From an uncultured virus (IMG/VR IMGVR_UViG_3300010885_062120) (taxonomy: Duplodnaviria; Heunggongvirae; Uroviricota; Caudoviricetes): a stretch of 64,000 nt of DNA. Positions 57,871 to 64,000 of this stretch are shown here, piece by piece. The stretch's first letter is position 1. Each line of letters starts with the position of its first letter. The stretch lies in IMG/VR virus record IMGVR_UViG_3300010885_062120. One strand, 5' to 3'. A program made the translations under genes and the position numbers. The notes under the pieces were generated by a model. That model was given only the letters and a program-made list of their open reading frames with translations, did no database searches and was not told where the DNA came from.

Positions 57871-58614
57871 ATGAGCTGGTACAGAAAAGCTAAACAAGTA
57901 ATTGCATTAAGGAAAAATATGTTGAGGGCCGACATCCACGTTCATGCGGGAGATGTGGCTGATTTTACTGATGATCAAGTCAGAAATGCAACTATTAAAT
58001 CTATTCTTAGCGCATCAATTATCAAAGGACTTGATATCATAGGTATTGTTGCTCACGACGGCCCTTATATGGGACAGGCCGCAATACAAATAGCTACTAG
58101 TGAAGGCTTAGATCTTTGGGTTATATCAGGTCAAGAATATGTATGCTCTGATAAAATTAGAATTATAGCATATAATTTAGAAAAGCCTTTACCAGCAAAT
58201 ATGGATTACAAAACAGCTGCAGAATATACTCACAAAAATAATGGCCTGATAATGCTTGTAGACCTTACAAGAAGACAGGCACAAGTAGTTAACAAGTTTG
58301 TCAACACATCTGCTGCTCCAGACGCGATAGAGTTATACAATGCTGCGGTTGGCTGGTACATGGATATAGACATCGAACAAAGTTATTTTCAATTTATGAA
58401 CTCTGCTGCAAAAAGTGCAAAAATGTTAGAGGAAACAAACGTTTACACACTTATTAGCAGAAAAGATATTGAAAAACTTGGGTTTATACCACCTGGTGCT
58501 GGTAAAGATTATATTCCTAAATATTTGAAAAGACAAGATGTTGTAGATGAACAAGAAGCTCAACAAGCAGCACAAGCACAACCACAAGCACAAGGAGTAG
58601 GCGGAAATGTCTAG
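57871..58614 (+). CDS. PHP-family phosphoesterase-like protein (degenerate)
   Basis: ADIHVH, GLDIIGIVAHD, SGQEY, AIELYN; final SDxH motif absent. Confidence 0.7.
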   Translation: MSWYRKAKQVIALRKNMLRADIHVHAGDVADFTDDQVRNATIKSILSASIIKGLDIIGIVAHDGPYMGQAAIQIATSEGLDLWVISGQEYVCSDKIRIIAYNLEKPLPANMDYKTAAEYTHKNNGLIMLVDLTRRQAQVVNKFVNTSAAPDAIELYNAAVGWYMDIDIEQSYFQFMNSAAKSAKMLEETNVYTLISRKDIEKLGFIPPGAGKDYIPKYLKRQDVVDEQEAQQAAQAQPQAQGVGGNV

Positions 58615-59101
58615 AAAATACTGTTCAGTGGCAGATGTTAAGCAATATTTACCACAAAATATTATTGTTGAAGGGCAAAATCCTGATCCAAATCCTTTCA
58701 ATCCAGCTCCAGAAACTTTGCCTTCTATTAATATAGATTTTTTTATTGAACAAGCTTGTATTCAAATCGATTCTGCGCTTGCTACAATTTATGATGTTCC
58801 ATTGAAAAAGACTAACTTTGGTGGAGAAATTGGTTATCCACCACCAATTCAAGCAGTTGCAGCTTTGCTTACATCTCAAATGATTTGGGAACAAAGACTC
58901 CAGGGCACAGACAGTCAACGAAGTGAATCTCAAAAGGAAAGAGAAAAATGGGCACAAAGTGAACTTATGCTCATTCAAAATGGAGAGAGAAGACTCATTG
59001 GCCAAAGGGCTACTAGGGGCAATAGATACATTAGAAACACGGCGTTGGATATTCCAAAAAACCCTGTAAAAGATGGTCAATCTAAGGGTTCTCAAAGATA
59101 A
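58607..59101 (+). CDS. Head-tail connector-like protein (Mu gp36/DUF1320-like)
   Basis: YCSVADV...IEQA...IDSAL...Y.VPL...A..EL..I..G pattern. Confidence 0.7.
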   Translation: MSRKYCSVADVKQYLPQNIIVEGQNPDPNPFNPAPETLPSINIDFFIEQACIQIDSALATIYDVPLKKTNFGGEIGYPPPIQAVAALLTSQMIWEQRLQGTDSQRSESQKEREKWAQSELMLIQNGERRLIGQRATRGNRYIRNTALDIPKNPVKDGQSKGSQR

Positions 59102-59126
59102 AAAATTTTATTTAAATGGTTAAAGC

Positions 59127-59906
59127 ATGCAACAAAGTATATATGAAACTTTCCAAGCAATCTTGTTTTTGGAAATGCCTAAAAATGATGCTGGCAACAT
59201 AATTGTATTTGATAGAGAAATTAAAGGCTGGAGCTTAGGTGACAGAAGGCTTAAGCCTGCCACACCCGCTATTGTCATATACGGTTCATCATTAAATAAA
59301 AAAGAAATTGCAACTCTGGCATATGAAACAGAACATGTCATTACAATCAAGTTAGAAACTGGGAATGATGACCAGGTCATCAGTGCATCTTTACTGCAAG
59401 AATTTGAAAGATTAGTTAATGAAATTTTTTCTACACATAGGCAAATCTGGATCATTGACAAATGTCCGATTTGTATGAAAAAAACATTATCACCACAACA
59501 TTTCTTGATAGAGCACTCAGATATATTTCAAAGCTATGCAGATAATGCAGTTGCAAATTTAGAAACATTATGGGCAGAAACGCACACAACTGCCATGCCT
59601 GAAATTGCTGAATCTAGAAAAGCTTCTTTGGCTTTTGATGGTGTATTTGAAGATATAAAAAATAATAGACCAATTGAAAGACTTAATGCAGAAAGCAAAA
59701 GAGCATTCGATTTTATGGTTAAAAATAAAATGAAACCAATAAGGCTGTTATATGATACAAAAATATCTGACATTAAACCAACAGATAATGGTATCGACAA
59801 ACAAACTTATCATATAGGTGAAATAACTATTCGCGCCCTGGAAGTTACTAGGATTTCGTCTTCTGGCCCAGATGGTGTATCAACTGATGCTTGGAGCATC
59901 AGATAA
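59127..59906 (+). CDS. Putative tail completion-like protein with C2H2 zinc finger insertion
   Basis: PAIVIY segment; CPIC-x8-HFLIEH; follows the connector gene. Confidence 0.4.
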   Translation: MQQSIYETFQAILFLEMPKNDAGNIIVFDREIKGWSLGDRRLKPATPAIVIYGSSLNKKEIATLAYETEHVITIKLETGNDDQVISASLLQEFERLVNEIFSTHRQIWIIDKCPICMKKTLSPQHFLIEHSDIFQSYADNAVANLETLWAETHTTAMPEIAESRKASLAFDGVFEDIKNNRPIERLNAESKRAFDFMVKNKMKPIRLLYDTKISDIKPTDNGIDKQTYHIGEITIRALEVTRISSSGPDGVSTDAWSIR

Positions 59907-62900
59907 TGAGTGTATCTCGCACAGGTTTAAAAAAGATCGCACAAAATCTAGGATTGGCCCAATCAGCAATTTTAGACAAATTTGGCGATATTTCTAAAAA
60001 CCCAGCAGTAATGATTGAGCTTGAAGCTATAATGTGTAGGTTAAGAGGTAGCACACTTTTCTACAATGATGATTATAGCAAAATGTATTATCCTGCAGAT
60101 AATACATTTAATTTTGTTAAATTTCCCAGCAATGATGTTATAGGACTTGGAATACAAGGTGCTAATTTCTTTTTAGACAACACAGCGGCTGGTATTGGGT
60201 ATACTGGAGTTGGAGCAGGCAGTCATTGGAATCCAGGTTACTATGGGCCACCTTGCCCTGAAGGGTTTGGAGTCTGGGATTACAACGCCTGGGCTTTTTA
60301 CAATATTAGTAAACCTTCCCTTAATCCAAATGAAACAAGTTATAGTTTAAGATTAGATTATAAGTTTCCTGTAAGGAACTTGTCTAGTTCAACAACATAT
60401 GTTATAGTTCCTTTCTTCGAGCATGCAAGATACATATCAATTAAAAACACAAGTACTACAGTTGGGTATGATGATGCAATATGGCAATTTACGCTCACAA
60501 GCGAACAATTGTATGGATACAAATTAAAAGATTATCAAACTGATTTACCACTAGACATCAGATTTATGTATGCACCCAAGCTCATACAAGGATATTCTTC
60601 CGGCTGGGAATATGTTGATGTGGATCACACATTAAATACAGAACTTGAATATTTATCATATACGCTATCAGACAATAATGACGGAACATATGCAGTTGAG
60701 ATAAACATTCCTAATGATTTATTATATTCACCGCACGGTGGATCAACACAAAACAACCATGTAGCAAATAAATATTGGCATATTATTATGTTTTGGGGAA
60801 CAATTGACGAAGAGGCATTTAAAAATATTGTAACGTTCAGAACTCTAAAATCAGATAATGTTACCCCTATTCCTCTTAGAGTTGCTTCAGATTACAAAGT
60901 TTGGCCTGTAAAGCATTTCTTCAGAAAAGATATAGCTACAAAAATAAAGTGGCTGCCTAATTCCATAAATGAATTAGGAACTAAAAATTTAACTGGCGCG
61001 AATAGGCAATATTTAATTGCTACAGGGCGCCAACATTTTATATTTGAAGATAAGGAAATTTACGGTTCTTATTCAAATCCTTCAATTCCAAGCAAGTATT
61101 CTTTACCCAACACCTTAATTGATGATTCAAGTGTAAATTCTATTTCAAATACAGTAACGTCTTTGGCCGAAGATCAATATCAAAGCGCCTTGTTTGTAGG
61201 CAAAACTTCTGGGGAATCAGGCATCAATAATACGGTTGAATATTTACTTGTATTAGGTCCAGAATTTTATTCTGATTTTGCCAGACCAGATTGGGAAAAC
61301 TTTGAATATTACCCGCCTGTACCAAAAGATTACACAGAATTAGCAAAATTAATAATTAAAAGAGCACCTGCAGAATCTTTTGGCGGATTAGAATATACAA
61401 ATGATAGCGGTTCGCAAGTTTTTGATCCATTTAACACAACTACACAGGTGACAATTCTGCAAAATTCTGTCATTCATTGGTACAGACAGAGTGTTGTGTC
61501 TCACGCAGTTGTGCCACTTGCTGATAGATTACTTGCCAGTAGATTAATGCCAGGATTCTATACATTCCTAAAACAAATCAGACTTGACAAGGGTGAAGAT
61601 CCAGCTGTATCCTCAGGGGCTAAATTAATGCCATATAGCGCCCAGATACCAACAAGTATAGTAAACAGTCGCGCGGCACTATCAATCGCCGCAGATCAAG
61701 GCTCTACTATCTTTAGGAAATTACTTAAAAGACCTTATGCTGACATTTTACAGCCTGAAACAAACGAGTCTTTGGCTATTCAATTTGATCCAGAAGGCAT
61801 TAAGCTCATTGAGTCTATAGCATCGTTGCCACCATCAACAGAAATGGTAAGATTAAATTCAGATTTTTTATTTTTAAGAAATAAAAAAATAAATATACCA
61901 ACTACATTAGAAATATTTCATGAACCAAGTGATAATTGTACTGCGGCTGATGCAAGTACTTCAGGTTCCAAAGTTGGTTTAGATTATACTTTTAGATTGC
62001 ACCTTGAAGACCAAAGCGAAAATGTACTTGTCAAAGACTGGAGAATTAATGCAAGCAAATATTTTCTTACAGTTGATGAATACAATACAAGAATAGCACA
62101 AGAGCAAACTGTTGTAGGATACTATACAAAAGAGAATTTAGATACAATAGATGAGTGGAGACTACAAGGCTATGCAGGAGTCGTGCCAGACCTTGTGATG
62201 GGTGAATTAAGAGTCCTAAACACAAGATATGTTTCTCCACCAGATAGCACACAGCAAACAGAAGAGCAATTCAGATCAAATTTAGCAGCACAAGGTTTAA
62301 CTCAAGAACAAATTGACGAAAGAGTGTTGCAATATCTTGAAGCTGGCGGAACATTCTATACTATAGATTTAAATAAATATAATAATGAATTTGTGACTGT
62401 CAGAGATGCTTCGTTATCAATTACAACATTTACAATGGATACTATTCCTTGGTTTGGTGATAATTTGGTAGATTTCAACAAAGTTCAAGAAACAGAACCA
62501 GACCCAATTTATTACAGCACCCTTTACGCAGACTCTTTTACAATCGGTAATGAGGGTGTGTCTATAGGCACATTGGAAGCGTTTGATAGACTTGCGTCAG
62601 CTTACTATGATCAAAGCTTTGATGTTGGCGCACTAGCATCAGATATGAATTTAGAATGGAATAAATATGGATTCAAATTCAATTCAGGGTCTGGTGGTTC
62701 TTTTACAGATATTGGCTTATATCTTAAAGCAAATCTTTTTGCACTAGCTGACACTACTTTATCAAACAGCGGAATAATAACGCTGAAAATTTATGATAAT
62801 AATTCTGGTACTCCAGGGAATTTAATTTCAACAAGCAGTGATTCAATAAGCTATGCAAATATATTAGAAACTTATGCTCAATACAGATGGAGTATAACTG

Positions 62901-63940
62901 GCAATCTACTAGCAAGTACAGAATATTGGGTTGTATTAGAATTATCAAGCACACCGCAAGGTGGAGATATATCATTAGCTTCTATAAACCCCTATGCTGA
63001 TTTTACTTATCAAGAATTGAGTTCAGAGGCATTCTCATTTGTATCACTCATAGATACAAATAGTGTGTCGTTCTCAATTCCTTTAAAGGCTGTCTTAAAT
63101 AGCGACAATGCCACAGGCGCATTGACAAATGCATCAGGTCAAGTAAATATAAATATTTATTCTGATAATAATGGTGTTATTGATAGCAAATTATTTACAG
63201 CAGATAATGTTAATTTTGCAGATCTTACAGAAGAATTTGTGAATTATTCATTCACCGCATCTGATATATCTGTGACCTTCAATAAAGACACTAAATACTG
63301 GGTTGTTATTACAGAAAGCGTAAGGACGAGGGGCGGAGTTATTAATTCTGATCTAAACGCAATAACAATTGATCCAATTAAATTTAGATTAGAGGATACT
63401 GGCAGATATACAATTTGGAATGATGTCAATAAAAAAGTATGGATGATATTATTTAATGATTTTCCAGAAGTATATGGTGTATTTAATAGAGAAAATAGTG
63501 GTATTTTTAAATGGCTACCAGGCCCAAATTTAAGTAGGCAAACTTCACAACTGTATCAAAAAGAAGGATATTGGTCTTTCACCGCAAAGCAATTTGAAGA
63601 ACCTTCATATATTTATATTTATCCAAGAGCCGTAGGTACAGTAGATGCCATACCGCCAAATGCAGATTCAGTTTTAGATTTTGCAATACCGCCTGATAAC
63701 TGGACATATGTACCATACCAAAGAGATATTTATGTATCAATAAGATTAATTTGTGGCGGTAAGCTTACAGATTATTTGATTCATTTAGATCCAACCAGCA
63801 CTCCTGAGCCATATCTTGTAAATCCTGACCAAAAAGCAGAAAGTATTGCATATGTATACATAGCCAAGACTTTAGCAGAGCTTCAAAATGGAACTCACGG
63901 TGCACCAGCGGGAGACAGATTGGTAATTAGGAGTTCATAA
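59906..63940 (+). CDS. Large putative virion protein with tandem beta-sandwich modules
   Basis: ATG overlaps the previous TAA, with GGAG SD; two IY.DN.G...YWVV modules. Confidence 0.65.
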   Translation: MSVSRTGLKKIAQNLGLAQSAILDKFGDISKNPAVMIELEAIMCRLRGSTLFYNDDYSKMYYPADNTFNFVKFPSNDVIGLGIQGANFFLDNTAAGIGYTGVGAGSHWNPGYYGPPCPEGFGVWDYNAWAFYNISKPSLNPNETSYSLRLDYKFPVRNLSSSTTYVIVPFFEHARYISIKNTSTTVGYDDAIWQFTLTSEQLYGYKLKDYQTDLPLDIRFMYAPKLIQGYSSGWEYVDVDHTLNTELEYLSYTLSDNNDGTYAVEINIPNDLLYSPHGGSTQNNHVANKYWHIIMFWGTIDEEAFKNIVTFRTLKSDNVTPIPLRVASDYKVWPVKHFFRKDIATKIKWLPNSINELGTKNLTGANRQYLIATGRQHFIFEDKEIYGSYSNPSIPSKYSLPNTLIDDSSVNSISNTVTSLAEDQYQSALFVGKTSGESGINNTVEYLLVLGPEFYSDFARPDWENFEYYPPVPKDYTELAKLIIKRAPAESFGGLEYTNDSGSQVFDPFNTTTQVTILQNSVIHWYRQSVVSHAVVPLADRLLASRLMPGFYTFLKQIRLDKGEDPAVSSGAKLMPYSAQIPTSIVNSRAALSIAADQGSTIFRKLLKRPYADILQPETNESLAIQFDPEGIKLIESIASLPPSTEMVRLNSDFLFLRNKKINIPTTLEIFHEPSDNCTAADASTSGSKVGLDYTFRLHLEDQSENVLVKDWRINASKYFLTVDEYNTRIAQEQTVVGYYTKENLDTIDEWRLQGYAGVVPDLVMGELRVLNTRYVSPPDSTQQTEEQFRSNLAAQGLTQEQIDERVLQYLEAGGTFYTIDLNKYNNEFVTVRDASLSITTFTMDTIPWFGDNLVDFNKVQETEPDPIYYSTLYADSFTIGNEGVSIGTLEAFDRLASAYYDQSFDVGALASDMNLEWNKYGFKFNSGSGGSFTDIGLYLKANLFALADTTLSNSGIITLKIYDNNSGTPGNLISTSSDSISYANILETYAQYRWSITGNLLASTEYWVVLELSSTPQGGDISLASINPYADFTYQELSSEAFSFVSLIDTNSVSFSIPLKAVLNSDNATGALTNASGQVNINIYSDNNGVIDSKLFTADNVNFADLTEEFVNYSFTASDISVTFNKDTKYWVVITESVRTRGGVINSDLNAITIDPIKFRLEDTGRYTIWNDVNKKVWMILFNDFPEVYGVFNRENSGIFKWLPGPNLSRQTSQLYQKEGYWSFTAKQFEEPSYIYIYPRAVGTVDAIPPNADSVLDFAIPPDNWTYVPYQRDIYVSIRLICGGKLTDYLIHLDPTSTPEPYLVNPDQKAESIAYVYIAKTLAELQNGTHGAPAGDRLVIRSS

Positions 63941-63941
63941 A

Positions 63942-64000
63942 ATGACAGATAAAGGAATTGTAACAGCCAATTTATTAAATGAACTCATTTTAAATTTAGA
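63942..64000 (+). CDS. Start of next gene, truncated by window end
   Basis: AGGAG SD then MTDKGIVTANLLNELILNL. Confidence 0.6.
   Translation, partial: MTDKGIVTANLLNELILNL

Noticed and set aside
273..63429. Many 60-150 aa antisense or out-of-frame ORFs in the track
   Set aside because: They lie within long genes and show no motifs or initiation signals.
1..64000. Alternative genetic code
   Set aside because: Multi-kb ORFs are intact in code 11 and all three stops end genes at tight junctions.

Overview
AT-rich, densely coding segment that looks like part of a large tailed-phage (jumbo/huge phage) genome in genetic code 11; TAA, TAG and TGA all end genes. Positions 1-50060 run almost entirely on the minus strand. 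This part holds an SF2 helicase, DnaJ, three unrelated serine proteases, about 34 kb of very large beta-rich virion-type proteins, a CHAP amidase, an IF3 and head/neck-type genes. Positions 50.7-56.7 kb form a more AT-rich glycan-modification and RNA-ligase module. Positions 57.8-64 kb are a plus-strand head-tail/virion operon. No rRNA, tRNA, CRISPR array or IS element was recognised. The strongest observations are: (1) an A9G slippery site joining a 218-aa ORF to a start-less 152-codon extension of the next ORF (fusion about 1519 aa); (2) a bipartite AGG-N17-WMGAAA motif with identical spacing before four virion-type operons, plus a separate WGTANAAW motif; (3) hairpins that bury start codons or SD sequences and contain promoter cores; (4) a shared basic-x-hydrophobic-A-Q or WYR leader on unrelated proteins, including two proteases; (5) a beta-sandwich module apparently split across an in-frame stop. 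All family calls are by-eye motif recognition; no searches were run.
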